A stretch of DNA of 64,000 bases from Neoechinorhynchus agilis (taxonomy: Eukaryota > Animalia > Acanthocephala), in NCBI GenBank assembly GCA_051530055.1, contig CM121341.1:15912784-15976783 (forward strand), in the 5' to 3' direction. This document shows, one piece after another, positions 22,787 through 33,899 of this stretch. A model generated the notes under the pieces. That model made no database searches, was not told the origin of the DNA, and saw nothing but the letters and a program-made list of their open reading frames with translations. A program made the position numbers and the translations under genes. The stretch's first letter is position 1; the number at the start of each line of letters is the position of its first letter.

Positions 22787-24537
22787 ATGCAATTTTTCCT
22801 TTTCGTTTCCCTAATCCTACACACATGGGCGCACAAGAGAGACTATGGTTTGCGTATGTGCATGGATCTTTTGGACGACGCTAATATTCTTCAGGATATT
22901 CAGTACTTGACTGGATATCGGATAGTTGACACTGGAAAGTTAACGTTCATTGGTTTTGGTAAAGAAAACGAAAACCGAAATCTCTTTTTGCGGCTAACCA
23001 AGTTGGAACTTCTTAAAGACATTCTATATGCCAAAAAGGTTGCATTTCAGTGGCCTATTATTAGAAAGAGAAGGCGGCCTTCAATTAGTGAAGCAACGAG
23101 TTTTTATTTTAATGATCCACTATGGCAGGAGCAATGGTACATGAATAAAAACTGTTCATTGGCTACTTTCATGGATATCGAAGGGGCATGGAATATGGGT
23201 TTTAGTGGCAAAGGAGTAAAAGTTGCAGTCTTAAGTTAGAAGTAGCTCAAAATGGGGTTTCTTTAAAGGAGCTATTTCTCATAGACGATGGGCTTGAGTA
23301 CACACATCCTGAGATTGAGAAGAACTATAGTCCAAATATTAGCTACGATTTCACTGAAGACGATGATGACCCTCTACCAAGGTTCACCCTTACGAATTTG
23401 AATCGGCACGGAACTCGTTGTGTTGGTCAGATTGTTGCCAAAGCGAATAACAGCCGCTGCTGTGTAGGGATTGCTCAGGACGTGCAGATTGGTATGCTGA
23501 AGGTCCTCGATGGTCCAAGTACGGACGCAAGCGAATCCCAAGCAGTTTCGTTTAAAAATGATGAAATCGATATTTACAGTTCGTCCTGGGGACCTGATGA
23601 TAATGGGGAGAAAGTAGATGGACCAGGATTACTTACGATTTCAGCCATGGTTAAAGGTGTTCAACATGGCCGGCAAGGCCGAGGCTCCATCTTTGTCTGG
23701 GCAGCAGGTAACGGAGGACGATACAATGACGATTGCAATTGTGACGGGTATTGCAACTCGCCTTTTTCTATCAGTGTGAACAGCATAAGTGAGAAATTCA
23801 TCGTTCCATCATACACTGAGTCTTGTGCAAGCGCGTTAACATCAACTTTTAGCAGCGACAGGGTTCACGACCGTCAAATTGTAACAACTGAACTCGGGGG
23901 AGGATGCACAATGCGCCACTCAGGAACATCCGCGTCGGCTCCAATTGTGGCGGCTGCCGTTGCTTTGGCTCTTGAAGCTAATCCAAGTCTGACATGGCGT
24001 GACGTTCAGCACTTGATAGTACATTCCTCCTTTCATGATCAAATTAAATCGAAGAATCGGCGTAAAAACGGTGCTGGCCATCATTTTGATGACGCGTGTG
24101 GTTTTGGACTGCTAAATGTCAAAGTGCTTGTTGCAAAGGCTCTCAATTGGAATAATGTGCCAGAAAGACATAGTTGTGCCGTGCTTGCTCATGTTAAACA
24201 TGTACGCATACCCGCGAACCGAACGGTCGTCGCTCGAATGAATACGAAATCATGTGATATGCTCAAAAGTCTTGAACATGTTGAAAGTGTTCTCACAATC
24301 GATAGTCAGCGAAGAGGACGGCTGAGCATTGTTTTAATGTCACCAATGGGCACGAGAAGCAAATTGTTAAGGAAGCGACTTCATGATATGTCCAATTCCG
24401 GCTATTACAACTGGCCTTTTACTTCTGTTCAGTTCTGGGGAGAAAATCCTACTGGAGAATGGACAATCGAGATTCATAACGAAGATCATAGCGACGCATT
24501 TTTTACTCAGTGGCTTACCGTGTTCCATGGATTTTAA
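22787..24537 (+). CDS. Furin/kexin-family proprotein convertase (signal peptide, prodomain ending RKRR, S8 catalytic domain, P domain; no Cys-rich or TM tail); exons 22787-23233 and 23284-24537, 566 aa
   Basis: VLDDGLEY (after non-canonical splice), HGTRC, WGPDDNG, AAGNGG, HSGTSASAP, LTWRDVQH; P domain LEHVES...RRGRL...SPMGTRS...FWGENPTGEW. Confidence 0.92.
23234..23283 (+). other. 50-nt hairpin intervening sequence splitting the catalytic Asp codon region
   Basis: TA|AGTTAGAAGTAGCTC...GAGCTATTTCTCATA|GAC with an 11-bp stem. The TA join gives VLDDG; the only GT-AG join gives VLNDG. Confidence 0.7.
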
Positions 24538-24857
24538 ACAGTTAACATTAAAATTTATTTATTCTTTATTGTTCGGTATGGAGATATCAAAGATTAGTAT
24601 AAACCTCTGAACCAGTAAAAACTACCACCGAAAATTCATGTCAAAAAAACAAAAATACACATTAATCGTATAGATGATATGGCTGACCAACAAATATCGC
24701 CCGGCAAATAAATTCAAGGGTGCAGCTTCTCATCATTATTTTTGTCGAGCCGTGAAAAGGACTACGAAGTTACACGATTTATGTTAGTTGCTGGATGGCG
24801 ATTTTGATTAAGTCTACTATTTATCCCATTACTTTGCCTTGAGAAGCTAAGTTGAAT

Positions 24858-26157
24858 TTATTTTCGTTCGCGGCAAATAAGTTTATGAATTGCCCAATGG
24901 TTCTTCTGACAAGAAATGTCGCAATATTGAGCAATTTTACACCGTCCGCATTTTTGTAATGTTTCAACTACTGCACCACATGATGAGCACTGAACTGTTT
25001 TTTGGTTAAATTCAAGATTGTGCGAAAACAGCAACGAACACTGTTCAAGAACATTTCCTAGCCGCCCACATGAATCCTTCGAAAGGTAAAGTTGACATGC
25101 AGATGAAGCGATTTCTTTCCAATCAACGTTCTTTGTGATTTGCTCGAGTATTCGCTTGCTGCAATCAACGATCAGGAACGGTTTTAAATTGCACGACGTA
25201 GGTGATATAAGACTTAACTCTAATATAAAGCGCTTCAAATGCTCTAGAAAGGGTAGCTGATCCAGTAAATATTGATTTAAGTGGTGATTGCACGCCTTTT
25301 GAAGACTTTCAATGCGCACGACATCTAAAGGGTATTTTTGAAGAAAATCCGAGGAGGTGACCAGGGAAAAGAGTGCCATCCAGCACTGAGCTTCAATTTT
25401 GTTTATTCTGTGTGGATTATACGGACGCCAGTTTCCATCAATATACTCCTTTACCTCCTTCGTATCCTTATTTACGCCTATCCAGACCTTTTGATCTAGT
25501 GCTCTTAGGATTAGCATGGGGAAGTCAAAATCAACCAGCATCTTATTAATAGCTGCAACACCTATTTGACGTAAATTCTGTGTGAGACATCCCATAATTG
25601 TAAGTGCCTTTATTTTTCTTAATTTTCTGAACTTTTTAAGTTGTCTCAAAATCTCTTGAAGCATACGAGGCACACTCTTAGGTACATCGTTGACGATGAG
25701 ACATCGGTGGCAATAGTCGATTAGATCGACTGAAGACTCGTTCAGTGATTTAAATGGAGATACTCATTAAAAGAAGACATTTGAGTGCCTCTCGATTAAC
25801 ATTTTCGGCGTGGAATAGGATTGTTTCCAACAGGTTTGCAAGAATGCATTCGTAGTAGAAGGAAACAGCGAGAACCGTGATTGTTTCCGGATATATTTGA
25901 TGGGAAATCATTGAACCAAACACATGAACACGCCATACTTCTGCAGTTATTAGTTCATGGAGTAGAATTTCCATTCGTGCTTCAAGGACCAATGATACGT
26001 TATCCAACGAAGATCCGGACTTCGCGATGCATACTGCCTCATTGGTGGTCTTTAAAATGACAACAAACTGCTTAAACCAAGCTTCTGATCCAAATTCCGA
26101 GATGCGAAACTGTCGGATGGAGTGAAGTTCTTCATCTAACAATTTAATAGGAATCAT
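24858..26157 (-). CDS. ZMYND10: Zinc finger MYND domain protein 10 (BLU; axonemal dynein assembly factor), copy 1; exons 26157-25797 and 25750-24858, 417 aa
   Basis: FRISEFGSEAW, LLHELITAEVW, LANLLETILFH, VDLIDYCHR, KIEAQCWMAL, LLDQLPFL and a C-terminal MYND finger CSSC...CGRC..AQYCDISCQKNHWAIHKLIC. Confidence 0.92.
25751..25796 (-). other. 46-nt TTAA-flanked hairpin intervening sequence in ZMYND10 copy 1
   Basis: Mirror of 57035-57080; no GT-AG solution of plausible size; removal restores the frame. Confidence 0.75.
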
Positions 26158-26689
26158 GTGGCAATGTATTTAAGGTCGATACAACATCAGTTGCCAATGG
26201 TTGCTATGGTACTTAGAGATTTTATTTCTATCCTTTTCTTAAAAAACCATTTTAAAAACGTCTTAAGAGTAGATGAGGTAGAATGCTACTGATTTCAAAG
26301 TCAAGCAAATCGCTGTCGTTTATGTAATGCTCATTTAACTAAAAATACATGGATAACCAATTTTAGCTTTATACATCTTAATTCATAGGAAGCTTTACCA
26401 AGTTGCTATTTAATCATAATAAATGAATACTAAAATAAAGTTTTACATTGTGATACGGACATGCAAAGTGGCACCAGAAAGCGTTTGCTAATGTCAATGG
26501 AACCATAATGTTGATCGTTAATACCTTTATTATCAATGTCTGAAAAATTAACGATGACCCAACTCGACTTTGAAGGCGAAAGTCAATAATTGATGGATAT
26601 GAGAAGACATACAATGATGTGGATGATTTCCTAATGTTCAAAGTCTTTATCTCCCATTTATTCAAATAAATCATTCAAACCTAATCATC

Positions 26690-27260
26690 GTATGTGGTTC
26701 TGATGTGGATGAATTTGGAATACATGGCCTTCTTTGCGAAAATCAAGAGGACATATAGCAAGACACGCGGAGCTCAACGCAATAATAGGCAGAGCCCTCA
26801 ACTCGATACACGTACGGACCATCCTGGAGTCCAATCATCTTTGTCGCTCGAATGGAAAGCGTCCCGACGGAATAACAATTTTCCCATGGAAACAGGGTAA
26901 GTGTTTGATTTGGGATGCGACGTTTATCGACTCGCTCGCACCCTCCAATCGACAAGATGCCATGACTGGACCTGGAGGTGCTGCGACGGCGACTAAAAGG
27001 AAGAAAGCAGCAAAGCATGCTAAATTGCAGCAACATAACCAGTTCCTTCCTTTCGGCGTGGAAGCCCAAGGGGCCTTGGGATCGGCAGCCAGCAAATTCT
27101 CCAAAGAACTTGGCCGCCTCTTAACTGCCGCCAAAGGAGATCGCAGGGAACATAGCTTCCTCATTGAGAGGATCAGCCTCGCGATCCAAAGAGGCAACGC
27201 AGCAAGCGTTCGAGGAACGACAAAATGAGATCCAGTAAAAACAATTTATTTAATAAAATT
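26690..27260 (+). mobile_element. 5'-truncated CRE-clade retrotransposon (CCHC knuckle + RLE)
   Basis: CGSDVDEFGIHGLLC...RHAELN...NGKRPDGITIFPWKQGKCLIWDATF...SLAIQRGNAAS. Confidence 0.9.
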
Positions 27261-27789
27261 AAACACGTTCTTCAGTCTAAAAAACATCGTTGTAAATGAA
27301 TAGTAAAATAAACTTCAATTTACTCTTCGGCGCTAGATTACTCAATGCTTTATTGCATGCTTTGTGAATTTAAAAACAAAATTTTTTCATTTAAGTCGAC
27401 CTTGCTGCAATCTGCAATACCAATGAACCCTTGTATTTAAATATAAAGAAAAAACTTTATTTGATACGTGATTGATAACACTTTCAGAAAGTTTACTGAT
27501 CGAAATAATTAAAGTGGAATTTTGTACACTTACTTTCATATGAGAGCAGTAAAGGCAAATGGATTGATCCTTCGCAGAAGGCGTATTTCTTGTAAACGTC
27601 TTTTGAAAAAAGGAAATTACATTATGTCGATGTGTGGCCTATTATGACACGGCTGTTAAGAAACTGTCGATGAAACTGCGAGCAATTCTGAACGAAATCG
27701 GAACCAAAATCAAGTGATTCAAAAACATTATTAATTTATTCTTTTTTGCTCATCATTTCTTTGATTTAGTAACGGGAAAGTTAAAAAAG

Positions 27790-28089
27790 AAACGTTGCAT
27801 TTTTGAAATTTTAAAAATGCATTCAACGGAGTTTACCGAGCAGATTTGCTCGAAGTAGTTGGATATCACGCACCAGAAGCATTTCACTATTTCGCCAGAC
27901 CGAGGAACCGTGGGGACGCCATTGTCTCGTATGTCGGCTATCAGGCGGAAGGTACTCACGACATGCCAAAGTGAACGCAATTCTCTTAGTCGTGCCCTGA
28001 ATACTGTGAATGCACCCAACATCCTGGAGCCGAACAATCTTTGCCGACTCGATGGACGTAGACCGGACGGTGTCACAATATTCCCGTGA
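27790..28089 (+). mobile_element. Internally deleted CRE fragment (RT piece fused to RLE piece)
   Basis: NFKNAFNGVYRADLLEVVGYHAPEAFH joined directly to ...NAPNILEPNNLCRLDGRRPDGVTIFP. Confidence 0.8.
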
Positions 28090-28492
28090 TGATTTTAAGC
28101 AAAAATTCGAAATCGGCTATTGACACTGATATTCTCGATATCACTTTAAAACGACGACTTGAATCGCTTAACCCAAAAAATAAGAATTTATTTACGCCAT
28201 TGTTGTTATACTCGTTCAGCGCTTCCATAACACTAAATAAAAAAGAAGATTCGATTCATTTCAGAAAATTGCTCGATTAACATCTTTAAATAACTCAATG
28301 CTTTTTACCGTGGACACTATTTTGGTATTCTACATTTATCTTTAACCAAATCAACGGTATCTTTCTGGTTGAATTGACTATCAAGAGCACAAAAGGCAAT
28401 GAGCGTTCAAGTTCATTAGAGGTGAGGTTTCCAAGGTAACCTCGAACAATAACGGAGCGCGATGAAGAAAAATTCGTATTATCGACATCAAA

Positions 28493-29050
28493 ATGTTTTA
28501 CACCGACGACCTCGTTCATATTCAAATCGACGATAAAACAGAACATTGGATATTGTGTGACCAGCTGTCGTATTTGTCAAAAGAATGGGGAAGCACTTAT
28601 TCGAAATTCTACTTGCCACGAAAAGCGAAACTTATAACGAATCGCATATTCATTACAGGATTCGGCGTAGATATCGATGTCGTTGATGCTTGTTATCCTT
28701 TTCATCCGCACGGAAAGATTATTGGCTTTGTCCATGTCCGAGCGAAGAATCGAAAATCGTATGTCTTCAGTGAAAAACTTCTTGAGTTCAATATCGTTTT
28801 CAGATACGCATTCGTTACATTTGAGAGCGCCGATGCAGCCCTAAAAGTTCTTAAATTGCCGGTAAGTCTTAGTAAAAAACAAAGCGCGATTTTGCCATTT
28901 TAGCAGCCCTACTCCTTTTATATAAATGGATTGCCAATTGCCGTTAAACCGGCCTATAAGAAATTTGCAGTTTCAGAAGACAAAAACGATATTATCGACA
29001 AGCAACATGTGGGGACATATGAATGTTCTAAAACGGTTCTTTGGAATTAA
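28493..29050 (+). CDS. BOLL: Single-RRM protein of the Boule/DAZ type; exons 28493-28758, 28804-28861, 28904-29050
   Basis: ITNRIFITG (RNP2), RKSYAFVTFES (RNP1 after removing a 45-nt GT-AG intron) and INGLPIAVKPAYKK (cf. Boule/DAZL PNRIFVGG...GYGFVTFE...KLNIGPAIRK). Two canonical introns. Confidence 0.6.
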
Positions 29051-29616
29051 ATAAAAACCTGACATTTCGAATACAATCGCTAATTTTGTTAAGAAGGTTT
29101 CTGCAAACGACCCCAAGAACTATCGATTTTTTAAATAATTCGATGAAAGTCAAAAACGCCAACTTAGTTTAAATCTTGCTAAATGCTTGAAAATCTATTT
29201 TTTTGGATGCGCTTTTGTTTTTTACTGCGAGATAAGTTTGTTGAAGGATGAAAACGAGTGAGCAAATTGTAAACTGCTTGCCAATTTGTAATTTGCTTCC
29301 ACTATTTTTGACTAAATAAACGACCGCAATCGTCCGTAGAGTACTCTAGGTTTCGACCATAAATAAAAATACCGTTCAAGGATTTATAGGAGGTGCATCA
29401 TGTACTCTGCATGGACCTAAATAATTTCAGGGAATCTTTAAAAGCAACTCCTTCAGTTCGTGTTGTTATAACTCGTGGACTACCGTTCGCCCAGAAAACG
29501 ACGTCAGAAACGCAATCCAAAACAAGAAACCATGATTTATGTAGGTCCAGCGTTTATCACCAGCTCGAAAGTATATTTTGCAATAAATAAATCGAAAATA
29601 GTCGCGAATATTACAA

Positions 29617-32600
29617 CTAAGAGAACGGCTTTTTATAATCCATTGTGATATTTTTTGAATTCAACGTAACTTCATACGCAGTGTCGATCCAATCTCCAAA
29701 GGAGAAACAATGCGCACCACCTCCGAAGATAAAAAATTGGTCACTGGATACAAGGATACTTTGATGATTGACGAGCATATGTGTTCCATCCAATTCTTTT
29801 GATAGAGAAATCTCTTCAGCGCTATAATGGAGAGTACTGCTGTTAAAGCTTATAATGATTAAGCCGACATTTGCTCCATGGGGACTGATTCCTCCAAGTA
29901 TGAAGAGGCGCCCGAAGTGAGCGTGACAATTATGGGAACAAATGGGACGTATTTCATTTCCTCCGGTTGCTGGTAGCTTTCGCCAATTGCGATCGTTGAG
30001 GTCATACATCCAAATTTCGTTGCTTACAATGCCTTCTTTGATTCCACCAATCAAATATAGCCGGTTGTTCATGTATGTTATGCACTACGGTTTCGCGTAA
30101 TACAAGAACGTAAAGATCTAATGAAACTAAAGGTCGATTGAACATTGACGATTTGAATCAGACTGGAAAGCTGGCTAGTTACGCACAGATGTAACCCAGT
30201 AAGTAGCAAAAGAGATTTTTCAACGCGAAAAAAAGTTTTAAAATTGCAATGTATCTAGCGTTGGCACATAGTTTACATAAAGGACCGTCAGCATAGTGAA
30301 CGCTAAGCAAATACGATTTTAAAAACACAAATGGGTCTATATTCAAAAACGTAGGTTTGTAGAGCAATTAAAACTATTTCAGCTAACTTAAGGACAGTTG
30401 ACTAACCTTTATTCTTTGGGCGTTAATTTGCAAATAAAAGAGATTCACGAGTTTCCTACGTGAAAACCGCAATATTCTTTAGAGAGTGAGAATGCCGATT
30501 CGGTGGGCTATTTCCGAGGTTCATTATAGTTTCAAATTTCAAATCGTTGGTGTACTTGAACTTCATTAGAAAAAATTTCACAAACTTTTTATTCGTATAG
30601 AGGTTGATTCCTCCAAATACGTAGATTTCCGATGCATTACCCGCCACGCAGGACGCGTGTCTCCATCGCTCATAGCCAATCGACTCACTGAGAGTTCTAA
30701 TTTGACTGAAATTTAGATTCACCATTTTACATGGAAGTGGCATCAGCGGAGAAAAACGGCCAAACAAGATTACAATTTGATTTCCCAATAAGTGACTTGT
30801 ATGATACCTTCGATTGTTCCTACCTGAAACTCATTTTAAGAAAACAGAAAATGCGTTTTGTGCTAACATGATTCGACATCAAGCGAGTAGCAACAATTCG
30901 TTGAACGAAGAATCTTCAAAAGAGATGTTGTTGGAAAGTGGCCAACCCCTCCAGTGAGAACAATATAATCATAATCGGTTGCTATAGAGTGTGCATATCT
31001 ACGAATGCAGTGAACTGAATCATTTTTCAAGTTCACAAAAGTTCGTTGTGTAGGCAATTCAACTGGATAAGAAACGAGCTTCAAGCACTGAGTATAATTG
31101 GAACATATAGATATCGAGTAATGCTTCAATTTCATATACCAAGCCTCGAACTCGTCAAACGGCTCGATTTCGTTTATTCTGCGCTATTTACATAAAAAGC
31201 AATTGACCAACGTGTTTGGGTACCTGTTGCGTTCTTGTGCATCAACTATTTCGTTTTCGAAATTGGCCATATCAATTATTGTTCGGAATTTAAATCCCTT
31301 TTAAATCGCTATAGACAGTGGGTTGTATAACAATTAATACTACTTACTATTCCTGAATATCGGCGATGCAAATCATCGACGGTTTTGTAAGTTTTTATAT
31401 GCTGTAAAGGTGCTTTGATTTTATCGAAAGATGAAACCATTAGACGTCCAAAACAATCATCGGGGTTTATCTTTTGAATTTTTAAACGCAATATTTGATT
31501 TTTCCAATTACCTGTTCATATGAACAATACGTCAATGCTGGAAACATTTGACATAATCTTGAGAGTAAATCGTCCGATCTAAGTGTTAAAACAACATTAT
31601 ATCACGAGATAAAGTCATTGAATACTTTTCGTTGCTGACGTAGGCAAGTGCAACTTCGGAAATCACAAGTGTCGCAATCGATTTATAAGGAGTGAGTTCG
31701 GCAATTTTATCTATGATGTCTTTTGGATCCTCCAAGTCTCCCGGAATGAGGAAATATTTGTCGCCATATACTAAATATTTTTCAATAACGATACTACTAA
31801 CAGACTAATTGTAGCGTCAAAAGTTTAATCGACAAAATCTGAAATCGTAATAACAAGCAAGTCTATATTGAAGCCGACGTCCCAATTTTTCAGCTAATGG
31901 AAAAATGCAGCGTATTGAGAAGTGCTTCTAGGGCATTATTATAATTATGAAACGAAATTTAATAGTCATTACAAACATATGCCACTTTCAATAAAGAATC
32001 AGACGTGCAATTCCTTTGCCTTTCTATAATTTTTGAACTGATTTTGTTTATATTTACAAACAAACGAACGCAAAAAACGTAGCCGATAAATAAGATTCCT
32101 TGTTCAAATACAAACGTTAAATTCACCACAAAACGTTGGAAAAACGAGTAAAGTTCTGCTAATTTAAATGGTTCAGTAAAGTGTTTTATAATTTGAACAT
32201 CTAAAAGTTATTTTCTGATTCTTTTACTTATTTTGCATTTACCGTAAGTGTTATTAAGTGTTAAATAACACTTAAAAATAGATCAATTGGCTCGCTAAAG
32301 GATCAAAACAGGTACAATTGTCTATTGTTACCAACGATATTTTCTAATACTTCACTCCTCGTTAGAAGCTGGGCCTTGTAAATAATCACATTTTCTTTGT
32401 CAATCTGAGCGATGGATTTTGGTGCAATTTTCGCAAAGGAGGCAATAAATACCTCAAGGAATCTTTGCAACTTCGGTGATGTTCTCAAGTTAAAATGCGT
32501 TGTATCAAGACCAGATCCAAGAACAATGACCTTAATGCTTTCTGTTACAACCATTAAGAATGCGTTAATAAACTACCTGATAGTTTTCAAAATTTCCGTC

Positions 32601-33343
32601 GTACCAATTCAAAACTGTCCGCATCGCGAACCATCGTATGTGGTACCCACTAAAAGGTTTAATTATAACGTAACTTGGATTTAAGTATAATCGTATTCTT
32701 AGTGATTACGCGAACTTCAATATGCTGCTGCAATAACTCTAAAGAGAAAACTTGAGATTAAATTACGACCAATTAAAAAGCTATAAAGAATTGTCCCTTT
32801 GTTTTTTGAATTCTAAAAATAGATATTTGGTCACTGAATAATGCATAAAAACTGTTTGTAACTTAGAGGCTAACTTTCTATTATCGACAAACAAATGAAA
32901 ACTTTGCGGTAAACGTTCTTCTTTCTAAAATTTACAGAATTGACGAAAAGAAGTATTTTGGAACCGCAAAAATAAGAGATTTACGACAGGGATTACGGTT
33001 AGAAGAGCTACACTGAATCTTGATTTGTGGGTAATATTGAGGATTTGACTAGACCATAGTACAAGATTAGCATAAATTATGTCATGGTCAATCCTTCAAT
33101 TTTATTGGATCGTTTTGAACCACAGCGCCTATATGACCGTACCGGTTTATAATAGGCGAGCGTCTACGAATTTTGTTCGTAGGTATAAAATGATCGATGT
33201 ATGGATCCTCAATGTACCCCAAGCATTTAGCTGAATGCTTGCTGATTATTGTATTCCAACCAGACCACAGATCCTGCAAATGAACGATCATTGCATTCAA
33301 TAAAACCATAAAAGAATAATACATTTAAATCGCTCCCGCTCAT
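29617..33343 (-). CDS. LCMT2: Leucine carboxyl methyltransferase 2 / TYW4 (LCM methyltransferase + kelch repeats), about 12 exons
   Basis: Spliced translation: TIISKHSAKCLGYIEDPY...RRSPIINRGYHIR...QVIVLGSGLDT...FLEIDKENV...PGDL...SEVALAY...YEQINPDDCFG...IEPFDEFEAW, followed by kelch repeats. About nine GT-AG introns plus two non-canonical ones. Confidence 0.88.
30079..30479 (-). other. Non-canonical TA-flanked stem-loop intron in LCMT2 kelch region (401 nt)
   Basis: CTA|AAGAAT...GTGCATA|ACA; stem TGCGGTTTTCACGTAG/TTACGCGAAACCGTA; the join gives RHSHSLTYMNNRLYLIGG. Confidence 0.75.
31798..32328 (-). other. Probable non-canonical TA-flanked stem-loop intron in LCMT2 methyltransferase domain (~531 nt; 3' end could shift by 3 or 6 nt)
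   Basis: TA-ACAATAGACAATTGTA...TACAATTAGTCTGT-TA terminal inverted repeat; in-frame join ENIVG-S(S)IVIEKY. A canonical GT-AG alternative using an AG ~28 nt further on exists but shortens the linker. Confidence 0.55.
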
Positions 33344-33899
33344 TGTAATAGTAGAAGCCACTTTCAATCACTGCTTTACGATAAAACCGTTGTTTAACCC
33401 ATTTTCTTAAGGATTCTTTCTTAAATGTTTCATATACTGTAATTGGAAGGGGAAAGATTCGCTCGAACCCGACGCTAAGTGGAGAAATTTGGATTCATGC
33501 AGGAAATGACTATCGATTTTTCTCGACTAAGTACCTATAAATATTGTTCACTTGATTTAAAAAAAATATTTTCGGTTCTCTTAGACAGGTTGTCAACGTC
33601 GAAGTAATTAAATTAAGTGTAAAATATTCCCGATCGCATTTGGTACAAAATGTAGATGTTGTTATTTTGGTCCCTTGTCATATATAGATAATGACTGGTT
33701 CAATCAGTCCTAGGACTAAAATAATAACATGTCTAACAACCTCGGATGCAATCCTCAACGAAATTATAGACGGTTTAACTTTATCCTTGCTCCGACATCA
33801 TCGTATTCGCTCAGCAATCACAAAACTCTTAAGAAAACGCGGTGCCTTAGGGCGAATTCAATTTGCGTTCGGAAGGTATCAACGCTTATAGTGCTGACA

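Larger units (their letters stand above)
22421..27612 (+). repeat. Left arm of ~5.2 kb near-identical inverted segmental duplication (partner 55220-60409)
   Basis: Mirror coordinates sum to 82830-82832 throughout; identical ORF translations on opposite strands; only scattered substitutions and a 1-nt indel seen. Confidence 0.95.

Noticed and set aside
27228-27330. Spliced-leader RNA target remnants next to CRE 3' ends
   Set aside because: The flanks are unrelated AT-rich sequence with no common motif or Sm site.
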